Below are positions 18,723 to 28,381 of a stretch of DNA of 54,398 nt, one piece after another. The stretch's first letter is position 1, and the number at the start of each line of letters is the position of its first letter. The stretch is from positions 1 through 54,398 of the forward strand of contig JAEYTM010000341.1 of assembly GCA_023434015.1 (NCBI GenBank). Direction: 5' to 3'. The translations under genes and the position numbers were made by a program. Source of the stretch: Pseudomonadota bacterium (GTDB lineage Bacteria; Pseudomonadota; Alphaproteobacteria; Caulobacterales; Caulobacteraceae). The notes below the pieces were generated by a model that searched no databases, was not told the DNA's origin, and worked only from the letters and a program-made list of their open reading frames with translations.

Positions 18723-21008
18723 TCAAGGCAGCCAGGCGAAGCGTTCCTGCAGCTTGCGCCACAGCGCGCCGGGGATGTTGGTGTAGTCGTCGGTCCAGGG
18801 CCTTGCGAGGGTCGGGTCAGAGGTCAGCCAGCGGGGGTCGGGGTAATAGCTGGCCAGGGCTTCCGGCGATCGGGCGATGAGCAGCGCGTCCTGGTCCGCC
18901 TCCCAGAAACCGGCATCCCCGACCATCCGGCGCTTCTGAAGCAGCGCCGAACCGCCCGCCGCCTCCGCCACCGCCTGAGCCGGGCCCAGCAGGTCGAGAT
19001 GTCGGTTGGAAAGGTGCAGGATCAGCACGCCGTCCGGCTTCAGCCGCGACAGATAGCCCTGGATGGCCTCCACGGTGAGCAGGTGCACCGGGACGGCGTC
19101 GGAGGAGAAGGCGTCGATCAGCAGGATGTCGAAAGTGTCCTGCGGCTGCTGGGCGACCGTGAGACGGGCATCGCCGATCACATAGTCGACCTGACCCTGC
19201 ACGCAGCTGGTCGTGTAGGTGAAGTTCTCGGGGTCGCTGGCTACGCGGACCACAAGCGGATCGATCTCGAAGAAGGTCAGGTGGTCGCCCGGCCGAACAT
19301 AGGCGGCCACGGAGCCGGTCCCCAGGCCCACGGCCCCGATCCTGACGCCCTGCGGCCGCTCGTGCTGCTGTCGCAGGAACACCTGACCGATCGGCGTGCT
19401 GACGGTGTAGTAGACCAACGGCTGGCACTGCCAGTGCGGATCGAGCGCCTGGGCGCCATGCAGGGTCGTGCCGTGCGCGAGCATCCGGACGGGGCCGCCC
19501 AAGGCCGGAGCCACCGTCTCCGACATTACCAGCACCCCGAAGAAGCTGCGCCAGCTCTGGGTGCTGTTGACCCGGTCGGCCACGGCGGTCGCCCCGACGG
19601 AGATCAGGGTGATCAGGGCGAAGAACAACAGCGCCTGGCCGCGCACCAGGAAGGCGACGACGACGGCCACGGCCAGCAGGATCTTGGCGATGAGCGGAAC
19701 CATGTCCGCATCGCTGATCCCGGCGAAACCGAGATCCGCGAAGTGCAGCGGCAGCATGGTCATGGCGATCGGGGCGGCGACGGCGCACAGCGCGCCTACG
19801 GCCAGCAGCACCCAGTTGCGAGGGGCGACGCTCCACGATCCCCACGGCCGCGCGAGGCAGGCCAGGGCCAGGACGATCGGATACTCCCAGACGTTGCTGA
19901 ACACGACCGGCGCCAGGAAGGCGTTGAACGCGCCGCCGACCACCCCGCCGACCGACATCCACAGATAGAACTCGGTCAGGTGAGTCGGGTCGGGCCGCCG
20001 CGCCACCAGCGCCTGGTGGCACATCAGGGCGGTGAGGAAGAACGCCGCCAGGTGGACGAGGAGCTGCAGCGGCAGGAAGGTGGATTTGAACGGCAGCATG
20101 ACCGCGCAGGCGGCCAGGGCCGCGGCCTGCAGGATCAGACCGAGCTGCCGCGAGATCACCGGCCGGGCCTGGAAGGCGATGATGAAGGTCGCCAGGTAGA
20201 GCGCCAGCGGGATCACCCACAGGAAGGGCGCCGAGGCGACGTCGGTGGTGATGTGGGTGGTCACGCCCAGCATCAGGCTGGATGGGATGGCGGCCAGGGC
20301 GACCCAGGTCAGCCGGTCGCGCCAGGGGACGGGATTGGTCGCCCGCGCCGCGGCGGCCTGCGGCGCCAGGTCACGCGCCCGGCCGACGGCGAAGGCGAGG
20401 CCGGCGATCAGCAGGATGAAGGCGCCGTAGCCGAGGCTCCAACCCCACCGCTGGCCGTGCACCGTGAGCGTCGGCTCGAGCAGGATCGGGTAGGCCAGGA
20501 GGGCGATCAGGCTCCCCAGGTTGCTGGCGGAATAGAGGACGTAGGGTTCCTTACCGGCGCCGGCACCGATGGTGCGCGCATACCAGGCCTGCACCAGCGG
20601 CGCCGTGGCCGACAGCACCGCGAACGGCGCGCCGATCGACAGGGCAAGCACGGCGAGCAGCCACAGATTGGGATGGACGGAGGACGGCGGCCCGACCAGC
20701 TCGTTCACCCGTAATGGCAGGGCCGCGGCGGCCAGGATCAGGGCGGCGCCGTGGATCCAGGTCTGCCGGCGGACAGAAGAGACCCGCTGCAGCAGATGAG
20801 CGTAGCCGTACCCGGCCAGCAGCGCCATCTGGAAGAAGGCCATGCTGGTGTTCCACACCGACGGGCTACCGCCCAGCAGCGGCAACACCAGCTTGGCGAC
20901 CATCGGCTGGACCATGAACACCAGTGCGGCGCTGGCGAAGACGGTGACGGCGAACAGGGCCTGGGGGGGCGTCACGGCCGTCTTGTCGGCGCCGGTAAGC
21001 GAGGTCAT
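18723..21008 (-). CDS. Multi-TM membrane protein fused to a SAM-dependent spermidine-synthase-like domain
   Basis: About a dozen or more hydrophobic segments, then HGTTLHG, VGLGTGS, FEIDP, GDAR, IDAFSSD, WTDDY; ATG 21008 chosen because the ORF extension overlaps cinA. Confidence 0.88.
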   Translation of the reverse strand: MTSLTGADKTAVTPPQALFAVTVFASAALVFMVQPMVAKLVLPLLGGSPSVWNTSMAFFQMALLAGYGYAHLLQRVSSVRRQTWIHGAALILAAAALPLRVNELVGPPSSVHPNLWLLAVLALSIGAPFAVLSATAPLVQAWYARTIGAGAGKEPYVLYSASNLGSLIALLAYPILLEPTLTVHGQRWGWSLGYGAFILLIAGLAFAVGRARDLAPQAAAARATNPVPWRDRLTWVALAAIPSSLMLGVTTHITTDVASAPFLWVIPLALYLATFIIAFQARPVISRQLGLILQAAALAACAVMLPFKSTFLPLQLLVHLAAFFLTALMCHQALVARRPDPTHLTEFYLWMSVGGVVGGAFNAFLAPVVFSNVWEYPIVLALACLARPWGSWSVAPRNWVLLAVGALCAVAAPIAMTMLPLHFADLGFAGISDADMVPLIAKILLAVAVVVAFLVRGQALLFFALITLISVGATAVADRVNSTQSWRSFFGVLVMSETVAPALGGPVRMLAHGTTLHGAQALDPHWQCQPLVYYTVSTPIGQVFLRQQHERPQGVRIGAVGLGTGSVAAYVRPGDHLTFFEIDPLVVRVASDPENFTYTTSCVQGQVDYVIGDARLTVAQQPQDTFDILLIDAFSSDAVPVHLLTVEAIQGYLSRLKPDGVLILHLSNRHLDLLGPAQAVAEAAGGSALLQKRRMVGDAGFWEADQDALLIARSPEALASYYPDPRWLTSDPTLARPWTDDYTNIPGALWRKLQERFAWLP

Positions 21009-21098
21009 GAGGGCGAATCGCCTTGATGGAAGGTGGGGCCAATGTTGTGGTTTCGACCGACCTGCGACTAGTAGGCTTTTTGAAGGGTGGGCCGGCCG

Positions 21099-21590
21099 AT
21101 GTTTTCCGTGGAGATCGTGACCCTGGCGCGCCTGCTGGTCGACGAGGCCCGGGACAGGTCGCTGCGGATCGTCACGGCGGAAAGCTGCACGGGCGGGTTG
21201 GTGGCCGGCGCGATCTGCTCGGTCGCGGGTGCGTCCGACGTCTTCGAGCGTGGCTTCGTCACCTATTCCAATCGGGCCAAACAGGAGCTGTTGGGCGTGC
21301 CCGGCGACCTGATCGCCGATGTCGGCGCGGTTTCCGAACCTGTGGCGCGGATGATGGCCGAAGGCGCCCTCGCGAACGCCAACGCGCACCTGTCGGTGGC
21401 GATCACCGGCGTGGCCGGCCCTGGTGGAGGAACCCCGATGAAGCCGGTCGGGACCGTCCATATCGCCAGCGCCCGGACAAACCAGGGCCTGCGCCATCGC
21501 CTGCAGCTATTCGAATTCGAGGATCGCGAAACCATCCAGCTCGCGGCGGTGCGGGCCGCGCTGGAGGCGTTGCGCGAACGGATCGTCTAG
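21099..21590 (+). CDS. cinA: CinA C-terminal / NMN deamidase PncC family protein
   Basis: TAESCTGGL, GFVTYSNRAK, GAVSE, ITGVAGPGGG..KPVGTV. Confidence 0.92.
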   Translation: MFSVEIVTLARLLVDEARDRSLRIVTAESCTGGLVAGAICSVAGASDVFERGFVTYSNRAKQELLGVPGDLIADVGAVSEPVARMMAEGALANANAHLSVAITGVAGPGGGTPMKPVGTVHIASARTNQGLRHRLQLFEFEDRETIQLAAVRAALEALRERIV

Positions 21591-22072
21591 ACGGCGGGGC
21601 TCTGCGGGGCCTGCTCTTCAGCCTGGGCGCCGTGGAGCGCTTTCGCGCGCGCCTCGAAGCAGGTCATGAGCCTGTCGACGGCGTGGGAAAAATTGGCGCT
21701 GAGCAGGGCGTCGAGCAGGCGCGACTTGAAGGTGAAGTCGATGTCGAACTCGACCCTGGTGCAGCCGTGGCCGGCGTCCAGGAAGCGCCAGCGGTTCTCC
21801 AGCTTGCGGAACGGCCCCGAGATCAGGGTCACGTCGATCTGACGGTTGAGGGCGTCTCGCCGCACGCGGGTGGAGAACCGCTCCTTCAGGAAGGAGAAGC
21901 CGACCCCTGCTTCGGCGTCGACCGCGTCGATCCCCTCCCCCAGGCGTCGATCGTTCCAGGTCCGCATGGCGGTGATCCAGGGCACGAATTCCGGATAGCG
22001 GCTGACATCCCCCACCAGGCGGAACAACTGGTCGGGTGTGTAGGGCAGAAGCTTGGAGACGTGGTGACGCAC
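21587..22072 (-). CDS. ratA: RatA/PasT (COQ10 START) family protein
   Basis: LVGDVSRYPEFVPW, GPFRKLENRWRF, FEARA; GTG 22072 preceded by AGGA. Confidence 0.88.
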   Translation of the reverse strand: MRHHVSKLLPYTPDQLFRLVGDVSRYPEFVPWITAMRTWNDRRLGEGIDAVDAEAGVGFSFLKERFSTRVRRDALNRQIDVTLISGPFRKLENRWRFLDAGHGCTRVEFDIDFTFKSRLLDALLSANFSHAVDRLMTCFEARAKALHGAQAEEQAPQSPAV

Positions 22073-22076
22073 GATC

Positions 22077-23039
22077 CTAGGCGGCGGCTTCCCGGGCCGT
22101 CCGGGCGGCCTGCAGGCGGGCGAAGTCCTCGCCGGCATGGTGCGACGAACGCGTGAGCGGGCTGGCCGAGACCATCAGGAAGCCCTTGGCCCGGGCGATC
22201 TCCTCGTAGGCGCGGAACTCGTCTGGATGGACGAACCGGTCGATCGCCGCATGCTTGCGGGTCGGCTGGAGGTACTGGCCGATGGTGATGAAATCGACGC
22301 CGGCCGAACGCATGTCGTCCATGACCTGCATCACCTCCTCCTTCGCCTCGCCGAGACCGACCATCAGGCCGGACTTGGTGAACTGCGTCGGGTCGCGCTC
22401 CTTCACCCGCTCCAGCAGCCGCAGGGAGTGGTAGTAGCGGGCTCCGGGCCGGATCGAGAGGTAGAGCCGCGGCACGGTCTCGAGGTTGTGGTTAAAGACG
22501 TCCGGCTTGGCGTCGATGATCTCGTGCGCTGCGGCCACCGGCTTGCGCAGGAAGTCCGGTGTCAGGATTTCGATCGTCGTCCCTGGCGCCGCGGCCCGGA
22601 TCGCGCGCACCACGGCGGCGAAGTGGGCGGCTCCGCCGTCCGGCAGATCGTCGCGGTCCACCGAGGTGATGACCACGTGCTTCAGGCCCATCTTCGCCAC
22701 CGCGTCGGCGACACGCGCCGGTTCGGTGGCGTCCAGGGCGTCCGGCTTGCCGGTGGCGACATTGCAGAAGGCGCAGGCCCGCGTGCAGATCTCGCCCATG
22801 ATCATCATGGTGGCGTGGCTCTTGGACCAGCACTCGCCAATGTTGGGACAGGCCGCCTCTTCGCAGACGGTGACCAGCCCATGGCTCTTCACGACGTCAC
22901 GCGTGGCGTTGTAGCCGGTCGAGCCGGGCGCGCGGACCCGCAGCCATTCGGGTTTGCGCAGAATCGGACTGTCAGGCCGCGCCTGCTTCTCCGGGTGACG
23001 GGGGCGTCGGTCGCCCAGAGTGTCGATGACCACGGCCAT
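22077..23039 (-). CDS. lipA: Lipoyl synthase
   Basis: [27 protein letters not shown]. Confidence 0.97.
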   Translation of the reverse strand: MAVVIDTLGDRRPRHPEKQARPDSPILRKPEWLRVRAPGSTGYNATRDVVKSHGLVTVCEEAACPNIGECWSKSHATMMIMGEICTRACAFCNVATGKPDALDATEPARVADAVAKMGLKHVVITSVDRDDLPDGGAAHFAAVVRAIRAAAPGTTIEILTPDFLRKPVAAAHEIIDAKPDVFNHNLETVPRLYLSIRPGARYYHSLRLLERVKERDPTQFTKSGLMVGLGEAKEEVMQVMDDMRSAGVDFITIGQYLQPTRKHAAIDRFVHPDEFRAYEEIARAKGFLMVSASPLTRSSHHAGEDFARLQAARTAREAAA

Positions 23040-23192
23040 GGGTCCCTAGATCGTCGCTCAGACGCCTGGGATCAAGCCGCGAATGCGCGCAACCCGTTGG
23101 CCTCACGCCATGTTACCGATCTTTTCAAGCCGCAGAGGCGCCTATAGGCTCCGCTGCAAGAAGGCCGGCAATGGTCCGGGGAGGTTCTGTCC

Positions 23193-24746
23193 TTGCGTTC
23201 GTTCGATGCCCGCCACAGCCAGACCTCGCTGTTCGACGCCCTGGTGGAGGCGCGCCGGACCTACGGCGCCGGCAAGGCGGTGCTCGAGGACCACGAACGC
23301 AATCCCCTCACCTACACGGCCCTGATCCGGGCCGCCTTCGCGCTGGGCCGCAAGATCGCCGCGGTCACTGAACCCGGCGAGCGGGTCGGCATTCTGCTAC
23401 CGGCCAGTTCGGCTGCGGCGGTCACCTTCTTCGCCCTGCACGCCTTCGGTCGCACGCCGACCATGCTGAACTTCACATCGGGAATCCGGAACCTGCGGGC
23501 AGCCTGCCAGCTGGCCGGCGTGAAGCGCGTGCTGACCTCGCACCGGTTCATCGAGCAGGCCAAGCTTCATGACCTGGTCGACGCCATGGAGAGCCTGGCG
23601 ACCGTCACTTACCTGGAGGAGGTGCGTGAGAAGATCGGCCTGGCGGACAAGCTGTTCGCGATCGCCGCCTCGGCCTTTCCGGAGCGGTTCCGGGCGGCCA
23701 CGCGGCCGGACGATCCGGGCGTCATCCTGTTCACCTCCGGAAGTTTCGGCGCCCCACGCGGGGTCGTGCTGAGCCAGCGCAACCTGGTGGCCAACGTCGA
23801 GCAGATCGCCGCTCATATCGAACTCGACCCGAACTGGGTCATGTTCAATCCTCTGCCCACTTTCCACTGCTTCGGCCTGACCGGCGGCGTGCTGCTGCCG
23901 ATCCTGACCGGCATGAAGGCGTTCCAGTACCCCTCCCCGCTGCACACCAAGCAGATCCCGCCCCTGGTGAAGGACAGCGGGGCGTCGATCCTGCTGGCCA
24001 CCGACACCTTCGTGAACCAGTACGCCCGCGCCGCTGAGCCGGGCGAACTGTCGGGGCTGAAGTTCATCGTCTGCGGCGCGGAGAAGGTGCGGGAGGAGAC
24101 CCACAATCTGATCGCCGAACGGTTCGGACCTGTGCCGGTGCTGGAAGGCTATGGCGCCACAGAGGCCGCCCCGGTGATCGCGGTCAACAAGCCGACGGAT
24201 AACCGTCGCGGAACGGTCGGGGGACTGCTCCCCGGCATCGAGACCCGGCTCGTGCCGGTCGAGGGCATTGCGACCGGCGGCAAGCTGTTCGTCCGCGGAC
24301 CTAACGTCATGTCCGGCTATCTTGCGGCCGACGGGGGCTTGGAGCCGCCCATCGACGGCTGGCACGACACCGGCGACGTGGTTTCGCTGACCGACGACAA
24401 CTGGGTGACGATCCTGGGACGGGTGAAGCGCTTCGCCAAGGTCGGGGGCGAGATGGTCTCCCTGACAGCCGCCGAAGACCTGGCCTCCGCCGTCTGGCCA
24501 GAGTGCCGCCACGCCGTCGTCGCCCTGCCCGATCCCAAGAAGGGCGAGCGCCTGATCCTGGTCACCGACCGCCGCGACGCGGAGTCGTCGCGCCTGGTGG
24601 CTCACGCCCAATCCGTCGGCGCGCCGGAGATCGCCGTGCCGCGCAAGATCATCAAGGTGCCGGTCATTCCCGTCCTGGGGACCGGCAAGACCGATTACGT
24701 CGCGGTGCAACGCATCGTGGACGCCGAGGTGAGACGGGCCGCCTGA
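23193..24746 (+). CDS. AMP-dependent acyl ligase resembling the acyl-ACP synthetase domain of Aas (stand-alone)
   Basis: ILFTSGSFGAPRGV, FHCFGLTGG, YPSPLH, EGYGATE, GRVKRFAKVGGEMVSL, LGTGKTDY. Confidence 0.85.
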   Translation: MRSFDARHSQTSLFDALVEARRTYGAGKAVLEDHERNPLTYTALIRAAFALGRKIAAVTEPGERVGILLPASSAAAVTFFALHAFGRTPTMLNFTSGIRNLRAACQLAGVKRVLTSHRFIEQAKLHDLVDAMESLATVTYLEEVREKIGLADKLFAIAASAFPERFRAATRPDDPGVILFTSGSFGAPRGVVLSQRNLVANVEQIAAHIELDPNWVMFNPLPTFHCFGLTGGVLLPILTGMKAFQYPSPLHTKQIPPLVKDSGASILLATDTFVNQYARAAEPGELSGLKFIVCGAEKVREETHNLIAERFGPVPVLEGYGATEAAPVIAVNKPTDNRRGTVGGLLPGIETRLVPVEGIATGGKLFVRGPNVMSGYLAADGGLEPPIDGWHDTGDVVSLTDDNWVTILGRVKRFAKVGGEMVSLTAAEDLASAVWPECRHAVVALPDPKKGERLILVTDRRDAESSRLVAHAQSVGAPEIAVPRKIIKVPVIPVLGTGKTDYVAVQRIVDAEVRRAA

Positions 24747-24819
24747 CAGGTCTGCGCAGTTCGGCGTCGAGGGCTCTTAACGCCGGGGATTGTCCCCGGC
24801 GCACTAGGGGGGACGAACT

Positions 24820-25218
24820 ATGCCGAACCTGACCGCCTGGGCGCCGCGTGTGCTCAGCCTTCTACGGATCATGACCGCCCTGCTCTACATGGAGCACGGC
24901 ACCCAGAAGATGCTGAATTTCCCGATCGACGGCCCTGGGGCCGATGGTACGCCGCTGCCGCCCATGGCTTTGGCGTCGGGCATCCTTGAGATCGTCCTCG
25001 GCGCGCTGGTCGCGCTCGGGCTGTTCACCCGTCCGGCGGCGTTCATCGCCTCGGGTCACATGGCGGCGGCCTATTTCATCGCCCATGCGCCGCAGAGCTT
25101 CTGGCCCGTCGCCAACGGCGGCGACGCCTCGATCATGTTCTGCTTCGCCTTCCTCTACCTGGCTTTCGCGGGCCCCGGTCCGTGGAGCCTCGACACCATC
25201 GTGCGGAAGAAGGCCTAA
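24820..25218 (+). CDS. DoxX family membrane protein
   Basis: SLLRI..HGTQK, GLFTRPAAFIASG.MAAAYF, GPGPWSLD. Confidence 0.9.
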   Translation: MPNLTAWAPRVLSLLRIMTALLYMEHGTQKMLNFPIDGPGADGTPLPPMALASGILEIVLGALVALGLFTRPAAFIASGHMAAAYFIAHAPQSFWPVANGGDASIMFCFAFLYLAFAGPGPWSLDTIVRKKA

Positions 25219-25232
25219 CCGCCGGGAAACCT

Positions 25233-25260
25233 GCCGCGGTCAGCCCAGGCTGGCCGCGGC
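25233..25260. terminator. Stem-loop between convergent doxX and lpdA
   Basis: GCCGCGGTCAGC-CCAG-GCTGGCCGCGGC, 12-bp stem with one G:U pair. Confidence 0.6.
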
Positions 25261-25267
25261 GATCCCG

Positions 25268-26668
25268 TCAGACGTGCAGGACCTGGCCGAACGCGTCGAG
25301 GGTCGACTCGTGCATGGCCTCGCTCATGGTCGGATGCGGGAAGACCGTGGCGTGCAGTTCCGCCTCGGTCGCCTCCAGGGTCATCGCGATGACGTAGCCC
25401 TGGATCATTTCGGTGACCTCGGCGCCGATCATGTGCGCGCCGATCAGGGCGCCGGTCTTCTCGTCGAAGATGGTCTTCACGAAGCCTTCGGTCTCGCCCG
25501 AGGCGATGGCCTTGCCGTTCACCTTGAAGGGGAAACGGCCGACCTTCACCGCGATCCCCTGGTCCTTGGCCTGGGCTTCGGTGATCCCCACCGAGGCGAC
25601 CTGGGGATTGGAATAGGTGCAGCCTGGGATCGGCGACTTGATGTTGACAGGCTTCAGGCCAGCAATGTGCTCGACGCAGTGGACACCCTCGTGGCTGGCC
25701 TTGTGGGCGAGCCAGGGCGGACCGGCGACGTCGCCGATGGCGTAGAGGCCGGCAACGCCCGTGGCGCCATGTTCATCGGTCACGATGTGGGTGCGATCGA
25801 CCTTCACCCCGAGGGCTTCGAGCCCCAGGTTTTCGACGTTGCCGACGATGCCTACGGCGACGATGGCGACCTCGGCCTGAAGGCTCTCGGCCTTGCCGCC
25901 GGCCTCAAGTTCGATGGTCACGCCGGCGGACGACTTGCTCAGCCGCTTGACGCTGGCGCCGACCCGGAACTTCAGGCCGCGCTTCTCGAAGGCCTTGTGC
26001 GCCGCCTTGGAGACTTCCTCATCCTCCACCGGCAGGATACGAGGCAAGGCTTCGATCACTGTAACTTCCGCACCCAGAGCCCTGTAGAAGCTCGCGAATT
26101 CAATTCCGATAGCCCCCGAGCCGATGACGACCATCGACTTCGGCGCCGCCTTGGGAACGAGGGCTTCGCGATAAGTCCACACACGCTCGCCGTCCGGCTC
26201 CAGGCCGATGGCGGGGATGGTCCGGGCGCGGGCGCCGGTGGCCAGAATGACGTTCTTGGCCTGGACGGTGCGCGAGCCGCCGGCCTTGAGCGCGACGATG
26301 ACTTTCGGCGCCCGCTGCCCCTTCTCGAGCTTGGCCGTGCCTTCGATCACCTCGATCTTGTGCTTCTTCATCAGGTAGGTGACGCCGGCATTCAGCTGCG
26401 CCGATACCTTCCTGGACCGCTGGACGACCTTGTCGAAGTCGAAGCCGCGCTTTTCCACAGTCAGGCCGTAGTCGGCCAGGTGGTCGAGGGTCTCATAGAC
26501 CTCGCCCGACTTGAGCAGGGCCTTGGTCGGGATGCAGCCCCAGTTGAGGCAAATCCCGCCGAGCAGTTCGCGCTCGACGATGGCCACCTTCATGCCGAGT
26601 TGCGAGGCGCGGATTGCGGTGACGTAGCCGCCGGGGCCGGAGCCGATGACGATGAGGTCGAAATCCAT
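25268..26668 (-). CDS. lpdA: Dihydrolipoyl dehydrogenase (E3)
   Basis: GSGPGGY, GGICLNWGCIPTK, HPTMSE. Confidence 0.97.
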   Translation of the reverse strand: MDFDLIVIGSGPGGYVTAIRASQLGMKVAIVERELLGGICLNWGCIPTKALLKSGEVYETLDHLADYGLTVEKRGFDFDKVVQRSRKVSAQLNAGVTYLMKKHKIEVIEGTAKLEKGQRAPKVIVALKAGGSRTVQAKNVILATGARARTIPAIGLEPDGERVWTYREALVPKAAPKSMVVIGSGAIGIEFASFYRALGAEVTVIEALPRILPVEDEEVSKAAHKAFEKRGLKFRVGASVKRLSKSSAGVTIELEAGGKAESLQAEVAIVAVGIVGNVENLGLEALGVKVDRTHIVTDEHGATGVAGLYAIGDVAGPPWLAHKASHEGVHCVEHIAGLKPVNIKSPIPGCTYSNPQVASVGITEAQAKDQGIAVKVGRFPFKVNGKAIASGETEGFVKTIFDEKTGALIGAHMIGAEVTEMIQGYVIAMTLEATEAELHATVFPHPTMSEAMHESTLDAFGQVLHV

Positions 26669-26684
26669 GGGTTACGCTCCGACC

Positions 26685-27977
26685 TCAGACGATCATCGTG
26701 ATGGGATCTTCGATCAGCGCCTTGAAGGCGGCGAGCCAGCGCGCGCCGACCGCGCCGTCGACCACGCGGTGATCGCAGGTAAGGGTCACGCTCATCACGG
26801 TGGCGATGGCGAGTTGGTCGCCCCTCACAACGGGCCGCTTCTCGCCCACGCCCACCGACAGGATCGCGCCCTGCGGCTCGTTGATGATCGAGGCGAAGCT
26901 CTTGATCCCGAACATTCCGAGATTCGAGACGGAGAAGGTGCCACCCTGGAATTCCTCGGGCTTCAGCTTCTTGGTGCGGGCTCGTTCGGCCAGGTCCTTG
27001 GCCTCAAGCGCGATCTGGGCGAGGCCCTTCAGCTCGGCCTGGCGGATGATCGGGGTGATCAGGCCGCCGGGCACCGCCACCGCCATCGCCACGTCGGCGT
27101 GGTGGTGCATGGCGATGCCTTCGGGCGTGTAGGAGGCGTTGGCTTCCGGCACCCGCTTCAGGGCCAGGGCCGCCGCCTTCATCACCAGGTCGTTGACGCT
27201 GACCTTCACGCCGTCCTTCTCCAGCAGCGTGTTGATCTTGGTGCGCGCGGCCAGCAGGCCATCGATCTCCAGGTCGATGTTCAGGGGGAAGTGCGGAACA
27301 TCCCGGAAGCTGTCGGTCAGGCGGCGAGCGACGGTCTTGCGCATGCCGTCCAGCGGGATGAGGTCGTAGCTGCCCGCCGGAATGCCCATCTGCTCAAGCG
27401 ACAGCACCTGGCGCGGCGCGGAAGGCTGGCCGGCCGCTGCGGTTTGCGGCGCTGCCGCGGTAGCCCGCCCCTGACCGGGCTGGGCGGCGTCGACGTCGGC
27501 CCTGACGATGCGGCCGCGAGGGCCGGAGCCGGTCACGGCCGACAGATCCAGGCCCTTCTGCTCGGCGAGGCGTCGGGCCAGCGGGGAAGCGAAGATGCGC
27601 TGGCCCGCCGGCGCGGACTTTGCGACGGGTGCAGGAGCCGGCGCTGCGGCCACGGGCGCGACAGCCGCGGGCGGGGCCTTGGCGGGTTCAGAAGCCGCCG
27701 GTTCGGCGGGCTTGGCCGCAGGTGCAGCGGATGCGCCGTCCTCGCCGGACAGACGGGCGATCGGACTGTTGACCTTCACCCCTTCGGTCCCTTCCGCAAC
27801 CAGGATCTCCAGTACGGAGCCCTCGTCGACGGCTTCGACCTCCATGGTCGCCTTGTCGGTTTCGATCTCGGCGATCACGTCGCCGGAACGGACCGTGTCG
27901 CCGACCTTCACGTGCCATTTGGCCAGGGTGCCCTCTTCCATCGTGGGCGAGAGGGCGGGCATGAGGATGTCCGTCAT
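26685..27977 (-). CDS. pdhC: Pyruvate dehydrogenase E2 dihydrolipoamide acetyltransferase
   Basis: Lipoyl domain [17 protein letters not shown] subunit-binding domain, [10 protein letters not shown] 27977 overlaps the upstream TGA. Confidence 0.96.
   Translation of the reverse strand: MTDILMPALSPTMEEGTLAKWHVKVGDTVRSGDVIAEIETDKATMEVEAVDEGSVLEILVAEGTEGVKVNSPIARLSGEDGASAAPAAKPAEPAASEPAKAPPAAVAPVAAAPAPAPVAKSAPAGQRIFASPLARRLAEQKGLDLSAVTGSGPRGRIVRADVDAAQPGQGRATAAAPQTAAAGQPSAPRQVLSLEQMGIPAGSYDLIPLDGMRKTVARRLTDSFRDVPHFPLNIDLEIDGLLAARTKINTLLEKDGVKVSVNDLVMKAAALALKRVPEANASYTPEGIAMHHHADVAMAVAVPGGLITPIIRQAELKGLAQIALEAKDLAERARTKKLKPEEFQGGTFSVSNLGMFGIKSFASIINEPQGAILSVGVGEKRPVVRGDQLAIATVMSVTLTCDHRVVDGAVGARWLAAFKALIEDPITMIV
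27745..27977 (-). repeat. Lipoyl-domain coding repeat, copy in pdhC (similar to about 29549-29781)
   Basis: MTD(I/V)[23 protein letters not shown](T/S)[25 protein letters not shown] near-identical in both genes. Confidence 0.85.
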
Positions 27978-28381
27978 GCGGGCTCCTTGGAAAGATGCGC
28001 GAGTTCGTGGGCGTTGGCTTCCCAGTTCCGCCCGTCGAAGGCGGTGACGTCGAACTCGATACCGTCGGTGGAATCCAGGCAGCGGGCGTTGACGCTCCAG
28101 CCATCCGGGTTGGACCGGGGGCGATAGAAGCTCTTCACGCCGCATTCGGCGCAAAACAGATGCTTCGCCACCCGGGTGTTGAAGGTGTACTCGGCCAGCC
28201 GTTCACGACCCTTGAGGATCCTGAACCGGCTTTCCGGAACGATGATGTGCACGAAGCCGCTTTTTTCGCACATGGAGCAGTTGCAGGTCTGCGCCGCCAC
28301 CGACGGTGGCAGAGCCACCTCGAACCGGACGCCGCCGCAGTGGCAGCCGCCGGCGCGCCAGGCGAACGGCTCCGCGCTCAT
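27974..28381 (-). CDS. GFA / CENP-V family Zn-binding protein
   Basis: [24 protein letters not shown]. Confidence 0.92.
   Translation of the reverse strand: MSAEPFAWRAGGCHCGGVRFEVALPPSVAAQTCNCSMCEKSGFVHIIVPESRFRILKGRERLAEYTFNTRVAKHLFCAECGVKSFYRPRSNPDGWSVNARCLDSTDGIEFDVTAFDGRNWEANAHELAHLSKEPA

Noticed and set aside
21009..21497. N-terminal extensions in the ORF track (924-aa membrane fusion; also pdhC to 28154, lpxB to 51366, ratA to 22138, gltX from 46507)
   Set aside because: They overlap neighbouring real genes; downstream starts with SD or stop-start coupling fit better
21587..22072. ratA as the toxin of a type II toxin-antitoxin pair
   Set aside because: No ratB partner; the family is COQ10-like and commonly follows lipA in alphaproteobacteria
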